Assembly (NCBI GenBank): GCA_003056085.1
Contig: LSNK01000002.1
Coordinates: forward strand, 42,485-106,484
From: Parcubacteria group bacterium M6-OD1-1
Lineage (GTDB): Bacteria; Patescibacteriota; Minisyncoccia; GWC2-36-17; M10-OD1-4
Length of the DNA: 64,000 bases
Reading direction: 5' to 3'
In this document: one piece after another, positions 1-10,163 of the stretch
How positions within the stretch are numbered: position 1 is the first letter of the stretch
Layout: each line of letters opens with the position of its first letter
Translations under genes and position numbers: made by a program
Notes under the pieces: model-generated
Seen by the model: the letters and a program-made list of their open reading frames with translations, nothing else
Database searches by the model: none
What the model was told of the DNA's origin: nothing

Positions 1-422
1 TTATGCTCTTGGGCTTCGTCCAAATTTTCTGCATTTTTCCAATAACCGCAAGTATAGACCAATCTTTCACCAAGCATTTTTTCGTAAAGATCATTTCCCG
101 CATCATAATGTTTTTCTCCTATGTTAAATGCCCTGCTTTTTCTGCCCACATTAGAAAGAACAGCCACAAAAAAAGGAAATATCAACTTCCAATTTTTTAT
201 TTTCTCTCCAAAATCAATTTTTAGAGCTCTTGCTATAACTTCATCCAAATTTTCAGAATCCCACCATCCATCCATATAAGCTTCACCCAAACCGAGTGTT
301 CCTTGACTCAAAATTCTCTTATAAAGATCCTCATTATTAACCTTAACATCATAGGGAGCATCTCCGTTTATTGTAATCCCGCTTCCCTCAAGTAAAGCCT
401 CTATTCTTTTTTTATAATTCAT
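1..422 (-). CDS. cfa: Cyclopropane fatty acyl phospholipid synthase, N-terminal part (runs off the window edge)
   Basis: Manual translation from ATG at 422: MNYKKRIEALLEGSGITINGDAPYDVKV...LGLGEAYMDGWWD...HYDAGNDLYEKMLGERLVYTCGYWK...LDEAQ, which are typical Cfa motifs. Absent from the ORF track. Confidence 0.92.
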   Translation of the reverse strand, partial: MNYKKRIEALLEGSGITINGDAPYDVKVNNEDLYKRILSQGTLGLGEAYMDGWWDSENLDEVIARALKIDFGEKIKNWKLIFPFFVAVLSNVGRKSRAFNIGEKHYDAGNDLYEKMLGERLVYTCGYWKNAENLDEAQEH

Positions 423-606
423 CCTATCTTTAACAAATAAATAATAATTTCATTACATTTATATTTTATATTGTGGATAATTTTATGTCAAACAAAGCAA
501 AAAATTGTTATAATTTAAAGACAAGTTAATAATTAATAAGAATTTACTCTCACTTAATAAATTTTGTATTTTTTGAAAAATTATATGAGAATAAATCTTT
601 AAAAAT

Positions 607-888
607 ATGGAATGCAATGTAGGAAAAACCGAAAAAATTGTCAGATTAATTTTGGGACTCGTATTTGTGTGGCTTGGCTACGCAGGAAGCCCATGGTGGT
701 ATCTTGTTGCTATTATCTTGATATTGACGGCATCAATAGGTTTCTGCCCGCTAAGCAAGCTTTTAGGTATTAATACCTGTAAGCAAAAAGAAACAAAAGG
801 AGAGGATAAAACCTCTATTCCGGAAAAAACGGAACCTCAGGAAGAACAACAAACAGAGTCGGAACAGAAAACAGAAGAAAACAACTAA
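607..888 (+). CDS. DUF2892/YgaP-like small membrane protein with acidic tail
   Basis: NVGKTEKIVRLILG...GFCPLSKLLGINTC pattern; two hydrophobic segments. Confidence 0.85.
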   Translation: MECNVGKTEKIVRLILGLVFVWLGYAGSPWWYLVAIILILTASIGFCPLSKLLGINTCKQKETKGEDKTSIPEKTEPQEEQQTESEQKTEENN

Positions 889-893
889 GAACG

Positions 894-934
894 AAAAAAT
901 CCCTTTACTTAATATTAGATAAAGGGATTTTTTT
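894..934. terminator. Bidirectional intrinsic terminator
   Basis: AAAAAATCCCTTTA...TAAAGGGATTTTTTT between convergent genes. Confidence 0.7.
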
Positions 935-957
935 ATTTAAAAATAATCTTATAAGTA

Positions 958-1125
958 TTAGGACTCTTCAAACTCCTGCTCTTTCCCGCACCAAGGACAA
1001 AACCAAATATTTCTTTCACTCGGCGGATCGCCTATCCCCCACCATTTATTACAAACATGGCATCTGAAATGATTAAAATGCTCTACGGATCTTTGTCCTT
1101 TCTTTTTTTTCTTATTATTTTCCAT
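958..1125 (-). CDS. 55-aa zinc-ribbon-like protein
   Basis: Manual translation MENNKKKKKGQRSVEHFNHFRCHVCNKWWGIGDPPSERNIWFCPWCGKEQEFEES; two CxxC pairs; start overlaps the end of the upstream HD gene. Confidence 0.75.
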   Translation of the reverse strand: MENNKKKKKGQRSVEHFNHFRCHVCNKWWGIGDPPSERNIWFCPWCGKEQEFEES

Positions 1126-1711
1126 AACTTATCTTATTAAATAACTCTTTTTCATTTTCTTTTAAAATTTCTATTATTTTATTAAAATATTCTTGCGCAT
1201 CTTTTGAAATTGAAACTTTATCTTTTTTGCTTTCAATAAGCATACTTAAAGTAATATCTTTTTCTTTCCATGTTCTTCCGCCATCCATATAAATATTCAA
1301 CACGGGCTGAATCTTATCTAACGCATAAATAAATTTGCTTTCTTTATCTTTTTTATTTTCGTATTCATCAATTAAATCATGTAATTCAGAAAACTCAGAA
1401 AATTCTTTTTTAAGACGTTCTGCCGCGTCTTTTTCTCTTTGCTCCTTGCTTGCTTTAAGTTCTTCATCTTCTGAATACACATAAGTGTCTCCAGCATAAA
1501 CCTCAACAAAGTCATGAATAAGAGCGTATTTTATAACCAAATCAATATCTAAGTCCAAATCTTTCAAACTAACAATATACCAAGCAAGCATAGCAAGCTG
1601 GTAACTATGCTCAATGTCATTTTCCATCCTGTTTTCGCCATTAACTAAAATCGTTCTTTTGACTTGTCCAAATTCATTTAATATTTTCTGAAATTTTAGA
1701 ATGTCTAACAT
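1115..1711 (-). CDS. HD-domain hydrolase (HD_3, 5'-deoxynucleotidase-like)
   Basis: END.EHSY, ALIHDFVEVYAGD and YALDK motifs. Confidence 0.88.
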   Translation of the reverse strand: MLDILKFQKILNEFGQVKRTILVNGENRMENDIEHSYQLAMLAWYIVSLKDLDLDIDLVIKYALIHDFVEVYAGDTYVYSEDEELKASKEQREKDAAERLKKEFSEFSELHDLIDEYENKKDKESKFIYALDKIQPVLNIYMDGGRTWKEKDITLSMLIESKKDKVSISKDAQEYFNKIIEILKENEKELFNKISYGK

Positions 1712-1715
1712 AATT

Positions 1716-2198
1716 TTATTTTTTGTAATTTGAAAATAATTTCTCTAAAACCATATCAAACCCAGGCAATAAATCAAAATTTCCAATATCCTCCAAACTA
1801 ATCCATTTATAATCTTGTGCTTCCCAATCCATAACTATCTTATTTGTTTTTACTCCAACCAGTACGGGATGAACTATCCATGTTTTATTGTATTTTGGCG
1901 CATCTTGATGAAATATTTCTTTCATTTCAATAAATGTTATATCCTCTTTTTTTATACCTAATTCCTCTTCTATCTCATCTTCAACTTTTTGATTAAAGCT
2001 TCTATCATCATCTAAAAAACCTGAGATGCCATTCCAATGCTCTGGATAAAAATTTAACTCCTTGCTTCTTTGTACAATTAAAAATTTTTCTTCAAATTTA
2101 AGCACACAATTAATAACTGGCGCCCATTTTATATTAGTATAATCAACCTGTCCCGGTTTCAATTTAAATTTTGATTTTTTTATACCCTTATTTCCCAT
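1716..2198 (-). CDS. NUDIX hydrolase
   Basis: Nudix-like box GISGFLD...EDEIEEELG; start reassigned to MGNKG at 2198, overlapping the secA stop. Confidence 0.82.
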   Translation of the reverse strand: MGNKGIKKSKFKLKPGQVDYTNIKWAPVINCVLKFEEKFLIVQRSKELNFYPEHWNGISGFLDDDRSFNQKVEDEIEEELGIKKEDITFIEMKEIFHQDAPKYNKTWIVHPVLVGVKTNKIVMDWEAQDYKWISLEDIGNFDLLPGFDMVLEKLFSNYKK

Positions 2199-4827
2199 GA
2201 CATTTTTTATATTTTTTTCCACTACCACAAGGACAAGGGTCGTTTCTCCCCACTTTTTCTTCTTTTTCTTTCTGTTCATTTTCATTTTCTCTTCCCATTA
2301 CGGCATTTTGCGGCATTGCCTGTTGCGCCTGTGCAACCGGACCGATTTTGTATATTGTATTTGCTATATTCCTGCCAACAGAATCCAAAAGACCTTCAAA
2401 CATCATATGAGCTTCATTTTTAAATTCTACAAGCGGATCTTTCTGTCCGTAAGCTCTCAGTCTTACCGAATCTTTCAAATAATCAACTTCTTCTAAATGA
2501 TCCATCCAAAGAGTATCTATGCTTCGCAGCATCACTACTCTTTCAGCTTGCCTCATTATATCTTCGGACATTTCTTTTTCTTTCCATGTATAAGCCCCCC
2601 TCGCAACATCTTTTAAATATTCTTTAATTTTTTCTCTTCTTTCCTCCGGAGAAACAGACTCTTTTGAAAGATCTATTATCTTCCTCCTTGAGTCGTTTGG
2701 CGTCGGCATTATTGTATTTATATCTTCTGATATTTCCTCCAGATTCCATCTTTCAGAATAATCTTCTTGAGTATGCGCAGTCACAATTTTATCAATTTCC
2801 TCATCAATAAAACCTAAAACTTTTTTCTTGGTGTCTTTTACTGTCAGCATATCTCTCCTTACAGAATAAACAGCTTCTCTTTGCCTGTTCATAACCTCGT
2901 CGTACTGCAAGACATGATTTCTTGAATCAAAATTAAATCCTTCAACCTTTTTCTGAGATGCTTCAATTGATCTTGTAATTATTGAATTTTTAATCGGCTG
3001 ATCCTCGGGTACTCCTAAAGTATCCATCATTGCTTTTATTTTATCCGCTCCGAAAATTCTCATTAAGTCGTCCTCCATAGAAATGAAAAACTGAGAAGAA
3101 CCGGGATCGCCTTGTCTTCCCGCTCTACCTCTCAACTGGTTGTCTATTCTTCTTGACTCATGCCTCTCTGTACCAAAAACAGCAAGCCCTCCAAGCTCTT
3201 TGACCTTCTTCGCTTCTTCTTCAACAAAAGGACTTCCGCCCAAAATAATATCAACACCACGACCGGCCATATTTGTTGCAACGGTAACTGCGCCCACTTT
3301 TCCGGCTTGAGCTATTATCTCTCCTTCCCTTTGATGATTTTTTGCATTTAAAACTTCGTGCGGTATTCCTTCTTTTTTTAAAAGCTCCGCAAGATATTCA
3401 TTTTTTTGAATTGATCCCGTACCTATCAAAACCGGCCTGCCGGATTCGTTTAATTTTCTTATTTCTTTAATTAACGCCTTAAACTTTCCTTTTTCAGTTT
3501 TGTAAACCAAATCATGGTGATCCTTTCTTATATTTTCTTTATTTGACGGAATCTGAATAACATCCATGCCAAAAACAGACCTAAACTCCTCCTCAGATGT
3601 ATATGCGGTTCCGGACATTCCGGAAAGCTTATCATAAAGCCTAAAATAATTTTGAAATGTAATAGAAGCCAATGTTCTTGACTCTCTTTGCACCATAACA
3701 CCTTCCTTTGCCTCAAGCGCTTGATGAAGCCCTTCGGAATATCTTCTTCCGGGCATTAGTCTTCCTGTAAATTCATCAACTATAATAATCTCCCCATCTT
3801 TCACCACATAATCTTTATCTTTTTTAAAAAGAGTTTGTGCCCTTAAAGCTTGCTCAAGATGATGAACATACCTCAAGCCTGACCCCCCGGATATTGTGGT
3901 GTCGTAAATATTATCAATTTTTAAAATACTTTCAATTTTATCAATCCCGGCTTCTGTTAAAGAAACGGCTCTCATTTTCTCATCTATATTGTAATGCTCA
4001 TTTTCTCTTAAGTTTGGAATAATACTTGCAAACTGGGCATAAAGATCAGTTGAATCTTCATGCGGAGCGGATATTATCAAAGGCGTTCTTGCCTCATCTA
4101 TTAAAATAGAGTCAACCTCATCAACTATTGCAAAATTATTTCCTCTGCCGACAACTTCCTCCAAAGACGGAGCCATATTGTCGCGCAAGTAGTCAAAACC
4201 AAGTTCGTTGTTAGTGCAAAAAGTTATATCAGCGGCATACGCTTCTTTTCTTGTACAGGTTTTTAAAAATTCATCTACAATTTTAAAACTTCCCTCTTCG
4301 TCATGTTTTTCATCAAGCTCTTTTGCATTTTCTGTTTCCGGATTCGTATAAAGATAAGACATCGCATGATTAACGCAACCAACAGAAAGCCCAAGAGCAT
4401 CATAAACCTGCCCCATCCAAACCGCATCTCTTTTTGCTAAATAATCATTAACCGTCACGATATGAACCCCCTTTTCAGAAAGCGCATTTAAATAAGCAGG
4501 CAAAGTAGCCACTAAAGTTTTTCCTTCTCCGGTTTTCATTTCGGCAATATTTCCGCGATGAAGCGTCATCCCACCCATAAGCTGAACATCATAATGCCTC
4601 AAACCCAGGGTCAACTGCGAAGCTTTTCTTACCAATGCAAAAACTTCCGGTAAAATATCGTCTAAAGTTTCACCCTTTTTTAATCTTTCTTTAAATTTTT
4701 CAGTTTCCTTTTTTAAATCTTCCACAGAAAAAGACTCAAACTTTGATTCAAGTTCATTTATCTTGTCTACCGTACCTTGTAATTTTTTTACATTTTTTTT
4801 ATTAAGACTTCCGAAAATTGAAAACAT
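2188..4827 (-). CDS. secA: Preprotein translocase ATPase SecA
   Basis: MKTGEGKT, DEVDSILIDEARTPLIIS, QLRGRAGRQGDPG and C-terminal SEC-C motif GRNDPCPCGSGKKYKKCHG. Confidence 0.99.
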   Translation of the reverse strand: MFSIFGSLNKKNVKKLQGTVDKINELESKFESFSVEDLKKETEKFKERLKKGETLDDILPEVFALVRKASQLTLGLRHYDVQLMGGMTLHRGNIAEMKTGEGKTLVATLPAYLNALSEKGVHIVTVNDYLAKRDAVWMGQVYDALGLSVGCVNHAMSYLYTNPETENAKELDEKHDEEGSFKIVDEFLKTCTRKEAYAADITFCTNNELGFDYLRDNMAPSLEEVVGRGNNFAIVDEVDSILIDEARTPLIISAPHEDSTDLYAQFASIIPNLRENEHYNIDEKMRAVSLTEAGIDKIESILKIDNIYDTTISGGSGLRYVHHLEQALRAQTLFKKDKDYVVKDGEIIIVDEFTGRLMPGRRYSEGLHQALEAKEGVMVQRESRTLASITFQNYFRLYDKLSGMSGTAYTSEEEFRSVFGMDVIQIPSNKENIRKDHHDLVYKTEKGKFKALIKEIRKLNESGRPVLIGTGSIQKNEYLAELLKKEGIPHEVLNAKNHQREGEIIAQAGKVGAVTVATNMAGRGVDIILGGSPFVEEEAKKVKELGGLAVFGTERHESRRIDNQLRGRAGRQGDPGSSQFFISMEDDLMRIFGADKIKAMMDTLGVPEDQPIKNSIITRSIEASQKKVEGFNFDSRNHVLQYDEVMNRQREAVYSVRRDMLTVKDTKKKVLGFIDEEIDKIVTAHTQEDYSERWNLEEISEDINTIMPTPNDSRRKIIDLSKESVSPEERREKIKEYLKDVARGAYTWKEKEMSEDIMRQAERVVMLRSIDTLWMDHLEEVDYLKDSVRLRAYGQKDPLVEFKNEAHMMFEGLLDSVGRNIANTIYKIGPVAQAQQAMPQNAVMGRENENEQKEKEEKVGRNDPCPCGSGKKYKKCHGK

Positions 4828-5008
4828 GCCAATATTATTTAAATTTATAAACGAAACTCAATACGCAGTGTTAAATTTAACTACAATATTGAGCACCCCT
4901 TACTTGGACCGCTAAAAAACAAATTATAAAATTCTAATAAATAATTTATTTTTTAAACTAAAGTTAATAGATAAGGTTTTTAATCCCGCTGAAATGAGAA
5001 CAAAACCC

Positions 5009-5416
5009 TTATTTTTCCTTACCAAACCAAGCCATAGGAGATATGGAAGTCAGTCTTTTTAAAAGCCTCGCTCCCTTTTTGCTTTGTGTTTGTTTTTTGC
5101 TCTTGCCTTCCGTTAATTGTCTTTCCATTATATCTTTTGCAGTATCCAACGCCACTCTTATATCTCTATCTTTTGCTTCTGATCTTAAAAGCTCTCCTTT
5201 TACTTTCATATTAATTTCAGCTCTTAAAACATCTCCGTGTTTGTGATGTTTTGTCGTTCTTGCTATTTCAACAAATGCTTCTACTGGTGCGGTCTCTCCT
5301 GTTTTAACATCCTCTGAAATATTAATAAATCTTTCCAAAGAGCCTATTTTCTCATTTATATATGTACTTATAGCCGGCGTAAGTTCTAAATTTGTAGATT
5401 TTATATCTATTTTCAT
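5009..5416 (-). CDS. raiA: Ribosome hibernation factor (RaiA/HPF family)
   Basis: MKIDIKSTNLELTPAISTYINEKIGSL...AEINM...ALDTAKD; adjacent to secA as is usual. Confidence 0.88.
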   Translation of the reverse strand: MKIDIKSTNLELTPAISTYINEKIGSLERFINISEDVKTGETAPVEAFVEIARTTKHHKHGDVLRAEINMKVKGELLRSEAKDRDIRVALDTAKDIMERQLTEGKSKKQTQSKKGARLLKRLTSISPMAWFGKEK

Positions 5417-5522
5417 AAGAATATATTAATGATTATATTTTCATATTACTCCAAAAAAACTAATTTGTAAATTAAGAGCCTAAATGTTAAAATATTGACA
5501 GTAATAATTAATTTTTAAACTT

Positions 5523-5801
5523 ATGAACCTTGAAGCAATACCTAATAATAATGAGGAGTCTTCTGAAAGAGAAGACCTCAAAAGTGAGCACGAAGCAAAC
5601 TCTGCATTAAGTCATGGTCAAGAATTAATGACAGAAGTTCTTAAAGGAGCTTCTCCGGAGAAAATGGAAGACCCTCAGTTCAGACTTGCTGCAGAAAATA
5701 CATTGAGTGAGAAATTCAACGAGCTTGATCAATTGGGAAAAAGCGACGAAGAAATAAAAGTGGCTCTCGAAGACGAATTAAACAAATTATCTCAATTCTA
5801 A
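5523..5801 (+). CDS. Acidic hypothetical protein
   Basis: Clean 92-aa ORF with upstream TTGACA and a downstream terminator. Confidence 0.7.
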   Translation: MNLEAIPNNNEESSEREDLKSEHEANSALSHGQELMTEVLKGASPEKMEDPQFRLAAENTLSEKFNELDQLGKSDEEIKVALEDELNKLSQF

Positions 5802-5802
5802 A

Positions 5803-5845
5803 AAACAAAAAAACCGGTGAAATATTTTAGCCGGTTTTTTTGTTT
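5803..5845. terminator. Bidirectional intrinsic terminator
   Basis: AAACAAAAAAACCGG...CCGGTTTTTTTGTTT between convergent genes. Confidence 0.75.
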
Positions 5846-5856
5846 GTCTAAATTTT

Positions 5857-6429
5857 TTATTTAAATAATTCCGGATCTTCAATAACTTCAGCTTCTAAAA
5901 TCTCTTTTGTGTCTTTTTTTTCAGAATGCTTTTTTGAATAAAAAGCTCCTTTGTACTCTTTTGCTTTTGACAAGACATACAAACCCAAAACACGCGTTCC
6001 ATATCTTAAGATGATAAATGACATTATACTCAAAAGAAACTGCCATTCTCCTGTAATTAAGGTTAGAATTATCGCCACTATAGAAACCGCTTGAAGGAAA
6101 AATATTGCAAGAAAACCCCAACCTCCCCATAAATAAAATATTACTAATATGGAATACAAAAACAGAAACGCTACATAAAAGTAAGAAAGAAACATGAGCG
6201 AAATACCGGAAAAAATACGGGTTTTTTCAAAAAAAGATGCAGGCAGTAAAACAAATACTATTATAAAAGCTAAAACTGAGCTTACTGCATCCAAAAGCGG
6301 TAAAATTTTATCTGCGAGCGCAATCCCACCAAACAACAGTAAAAATGGAACCGCTAAAATCGCAACAAAAATAACAATAGAGGTATTGTTTAAAAAAAAG
6401 AATCTTTGAAATATTTGAAACTTACTCAT
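5857..6429 (-). CDS. Hypothetical multi-pass membrane protein
   Basis: About five hydrophobic segments. Confidence 0.7.
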   Translation of the reverse strand: MSKFQIFQRFFFLNNTSIVIFVAILAVPFLLLFGGIALADKILPLLDAVSSVLAFIIVFVLLPASFFEKTRIFSGISLMFLSYFYVAFLFLYSILVIFYLWGGWGFLAIFFLQAVSIVAIILTLITGEWQFLLSIMSFIILRYGTRVLGLYVLSKAKEYKGAFYSKKHSEKKDTKEILEAEVIEDPELFK

Positions 6430-6677
6430 TTATTTTTATATAAAACTCTCCACCAATACTTGCCTTGAAAAAAACCAAACAAAAGCCCTCCTCCTAAAGT
6501 AATGCCCGCCCATATCTTGTGAATAAAAAACCAATTATTTACTGAGAAGCCTAAACTGTATTTTTCAAAGTCACCAACGAGAAGATCTATGCCTGCTATT
6601 TCAATCACCGAGTGAATTAAAAAACCCAAAAGTAAGCCTAAAAAAGAAAATGATATTATATAAACTAATTTTTTCAT
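6426..6677 (-). CDS. Small membrane protein
   Basis: Two hydrophobic segments; ATGA overlap with the next gene. Confidence 0.7.
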   Translation of the reverse strand: MKKLVYIISFSFLGLLLGFLIHSVIEIAGIDLLVGDFEKYSLGFSVNNWFFIHKIWAGITLGGGLLFGFFQGKYWWRVLYKNK

Positions 6678-6710
6678 ATTTACCCAAAAATAAATAGCTT
6701 TAATTTAAAA

Positions 6711-7832
6711 TTATATATTTTTGTAATTAGTCAAAAATAAATTTATATCTTCTACATCTGCTCTTATATTTTCATTTTTTAATTCTTCAGGAGAAATATT
6801 TTTCATATCATCACAAACCCAAAGATAAGTTATATATTCATCAATAAATCCATCTTGAGACTGCCTCACGAGCTCCACAAGAGCTCTTGTTCTATGTTGA
6901 TCTATCTTGTAAGATCTTCTCTGTTCCAAAGCTTGCTGCACATCCGCCAAATGAATCACATCGGACAACTTTAAACTAATAGACAAAGATGTTGTAGAAA
7001 TAGGTATTTTCAATTGATCTGTTTTTTTATGTTTATAATTGTGATGTTGTCCTGCAAGTTTTGCTTCTACTGGTAATCCTGCATCATTTAAAATTCTCTT
7101 TGAGATCTCTTCATGCGCCTCCATTATTTGTTTTAAAGACATTTTAGAAGAAAAACCTTTTTCTTCAAGCGCTAAAATTTCTTTTTCTGACAAAACATTT
7201 TTCATAGGAACAAACCTCATAGCCCTTATATGTTTTTTTATTAAAGATGTTTTTAAATCATCTTCCTTAGGAAAACTTTCTTGAGGCATGTTTATTTCAT
7301 CAAAAAGAATTTGTTTTATATGATTGTCACTGTCTTTGCCATAAACTATCTGACACAAATTATTCATCCATTCAGAATCTGTCAAACTGTTATGCAAAAC
7401 AAAACTTGGTATTTCAACCTTACCAATATCATGAAAGAGACAAGCTCTATAAAAAACTTCCAGCTCCATACCCTCATTTTTTATGAGGTCAGCTATAACG
7501 ATTTGATCTCCGAGCATCTTTTCCACTTTTTCCTTGGCAATCAAGTATGTCTTAACGCAATGCTCAAATGTTCCTTTATCGTACAATTCCATAACAGCGA
7601 GCATTTTCCAATCATTTTCCGTCAAAAATTCAATAGAAACTACACCTTGAAGCCGCTCTATTTGTTCATAAAGTAAATCTTTTTCTTCAAGTTCTTCCAA
7701 TATAGCGTCATAATCGCCTTTTTGAGCTATATCACGAGCAATTTTTTCACGATGTAATTCTTCTTCGTCTTTGTCTTCCGAATTTTCATCATTAAAATCC
7801 TCATCTGGTAATTCCAAATTTTCAACTGACAT
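6711..7832 (-). CDS. HD-superfamily (HD-GYP-like) phosphohydrolase
   Basis: TFEHC, LFHDIGK, QHH and HLADVQQAL...RSYK motifs; the GYP motif itself is absent. Confidence 0.72.
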   Translation of the reverse strand: MSVENLELPDEDFNDENSEDKDEEELHREKIARDIAQKGDYDAILEELEEKDLLYEQIERLQGVVSIEFLTENDWKMLAVMELYDKGTFEHCVKTYLIAKEKVEKMLGDQIVIADLIKNEGMELEVFYRACLFHDIGKVEIPSFVLHNSLTDSEWMNNLCQIVYGKDSDNHIKQILFDEINMPQESFPKEDDLKTSLIKKHIRAMRFVPMKNVLSEKEILALEEKGFSSKMSLKQIMEAHEEISKRILNDAGLPVEAKLAGQHHNYKHKKTDQLKIPISTTSLSISLKLSDVIHLADVQQALEQRRSYKIDQHRTRALVELVRQSQDGFIDEYITYLWVCDDMKNISPEELKNENIRADVEDINLFLTNYKNI

Positions 7833-8179
7833 TATTTTATGAGTTACTATTTCACACTCTCAATGTACCCATATTATACCATAAAAAGACCATATAAGTA
7901 AAATAATGATATCCACTTTAAAAAAGAGCCGGCCCCAATCAGGACCAGCTCTTATAATTAATTAAAAATAAAGCCTTTTGGAACTATTGTAATTCCATCT
8001 TTTATTATTAAACCTCTTTCTTTAATTGTTTGTTGTTTTTATTCATGTTTAAATTATATTTTAAATATGAATATTGCAACTAATTCTTAAATTTATCATC
8101 TCTATACGTTCGTTTATTATGTTCATACAAGAAAAAAGGTCAACCCTGTTAGATTGACCTTTAAAACTATTTGCAAATA

Positions 8180-8395
8180 CTATGCATATTTACCCCAATT
8201 AATCTCTCTAGTCTCACGAATTACAGCTTCAGGGGTTAACCTCGCGCGTAATTTTGGTATGATTTTGTTTGCCCAAATCTCAAACTGCTTTTCTTCTTCT
8301 TCCGTTCTTAGACAACAATAAAGGTAAACTGTTTGCAGAGGACGAGCTACTAATCTATTTGCAGCCTCTATATTTATCATTTCTATTCTTTCCAT
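8180..8395 (-). CDS. Small hypothetical protein
   Basis: GGAG RBS, its own TTGACT promoter upstream and a hairpin downstream. Confidence 0.55.
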   Translation of the reverse strand: MERIEMINIEAANRLVARPLQTVYLYCCLRTEEEEKQFEIWANKIIPKLRARLTPEAVIRETREINWGKYA

Positions 8396-8673
8396 AGTAA
8401 ATCTCCAATTACTAACTACATATCTACGCTCACACTATTGCATACAAGAAAAAAAGTCAAGCTTTTAAATAAGATGAGATATCTAAGAGTCCAAACATAC
8501 TGAGCTACTCATAAATAATTACAAAAAAAACCGATTAAATCGTATGATTTGGTCGGTTGAATAATACTGTATATTAAAAACCAGATTTAAATATCCAATC
8601 TGCAATAAAGAGCATAATCATAAATAACGTAGTGAAATATGGATAACAATAAAAAAACATTCTTAATAAAACA

Positions 8674-9003
8674 CTATATACAACGGAAGTTTTGGCATAT
8701 AATTCTCCCGAGTAAAAAACCTGAATTAAAGCCGATATAAACTAAAATCCAAATACCAACAGTAACAACAAAAAACAAATAAACAGAAATCATAACTGGA
8801 AAATCTTTATTTTTTCTCTTTTGATTGATTTTATAAACCGAGTGACCTCTTAACACTCCAAGATCGGGTGATCTTTCGTACGTTTCCGGCTTTCCTATAA
8901 AAATATTGCAAACATCACAAAACAAAAGTTCGTTTTTTATTTTTAAAATATTATTGCAAATTTTACAAAAATATTTTTTATTTTGTTGTGATTTTTCCTC
9001 CAT
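8674..9003 (-). CDS. Zn-finger (2x CxxC) protein with C-terminal TM helix
   Basis: CKIC...CDVC plus hydrophobic C-terminus; probable start MEEK at 9003. Confidence 0.55.
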   Translation of the reverse strand: MEEKSQQNKKYFCKICNNILKIKNELLFCDVCNIFIGKPETYERSPDLGVLRGHSVYKINQKRKNKDFPVMISVYLFFVVTVGIWILVYIGFNSGFLLGRIICQNFRCI

Positions 9004-9065
9004 AAGCTTTTTTTTTAAATTATACTCTATATTTTCTAAAAAATAAAAAACATTGATAAAAATTA

Positions 9066-10028
9066 TCAATGTTTTTTAGAAAGTTTATGAAATAAAGCTC
9101 TCACTTTTTCTATACTCTCAGGATCATATATTGAAACCGGCATAACATTGGGAGAAATTTTCTTTAAAATTTTTAATTTTTCTTCTATCTCCTTTGGTGT
9201 GAAAATATCATGTTTTGTTAAAAATATATATTCTTCCCTGCCGGCAAGCTCAGTGTCATAATCTTTCAGCTCATTTTTTATAATATTATAATCTTCAACT
9301 AAGTCTTCTGATTCCGAGGAAATAAAATGCACCAACGTCCTCGTTCTTTTTATATGTTTTAAAAACTTAATACCAAGCCCCTTGCCGGAAGATGCCCCCA
9401 AAATAAGACCGGGAATGTCAGCTAAAATGATTCCATCTAAAACCCCGAGATTCGGCTCAAGTGTTGTAAATTTATAATTTGCAACTTTTGCGCTTGCTTC
9501 CGTAAGTTCATTTAACATACTTGATTTTCCTGCATTTGGAAAACCAACAAAACCAATTTGCGCTATAAGTTGAAGTTCTAAAAATATTTTAAAATACTCC
9601 CCTTCTTTTCCTTCTTCAAATTCTTTTGGCGAAGTGTTTCTTGAGGACTTAAATTCAAAATTCCCCCTTCCGCCAATGCCGCCGGAAGCCATTTTTATAG
9701 TTTCTCCAACTTTTAAAATTTCTTGTTTTTCTTTTGTGTCCAAGTTAGCAACTATCGTGCCTATCGGAAGTTTTAATATTATGTCCTCTCCGTTTCTTCC
9801 ATGCATTTTTTTTGTCATGCCGTTTTGTCCTTTTTCCGCTTGAAAGCTTTTTTTAAATCTAAACTGATTTAAAGCTCCAAGATCAGAAACTCCAACAGCA
9901 AAAACAGAGCCGCCATCGCCGCCGTTACCGCCATCTATTCCCTCCTTGGACTTGCTTCCATCAAAGTGAGCGCGTCCGTCTCCTCCGCGTCCGCCTTTAA
10001 TTTCTATTGTTACCTCATCTACCAACAT
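9066..10028 (-). CDS. obgE: GTPase Obg/CgtA
   Basis: Gly-rich Obg fold; GFPNAGKS, FTTLEPNLG and DIPGL motifs. Confidence 0.97.
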   Translation of the reverse strand: MLVDEVTIEIKGGRGGDGRAHFDGSKSKEGIDGGNGGDGGSVFAVGVSDLGALNQFRFKKSFQAEKGQNGMTKKMHGRNGEDIILKLPIGTIVANLDTKEKQEILKVGETIKMASGGIGGRGNFEFKSSRNTSPKEFEEGKEGEYFKIFLELQLIAQIGFVGFPNAGKSSMLNELTEASAKVANYKFTTLEPNLGVLDGIILADIPGLILGASSGKGLGIKFLKHIKRTRTLVHFISSESEDLVEDYNIIKNELKDYDTELAGREEYIFLTKHDIFTPKEIEEKLKILKKISPNVMPVSIYDPESIEKVRALFHKLSKKH

Positions 10029-10163
10029 AACATTTAGCTTAATAAAGCTTAAAAATTTAATTTCTTAGCTTAATCAGCTTATAATAAAACAATACAAATA
10101 ACAATACTGGAGCTATAAAAAAACAGCCCCTAAAGATGCGGGCTGTTTTCTTAAAAAACTATT

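Noticed and set aside
3-224. Plus-strand ORF here and the many short ORFs antisense to long genes
   Set aside because: Shadow ORFs opposite well-supported genes (here cfa), with no motifs or expression signals.
7958-8040. Minus-strand peptide KERGLIIKDGITIVPKG, resembling a GlgC C-terminus
   Set aside because: Only ~26 codons with no start; the similarity is too short to support.
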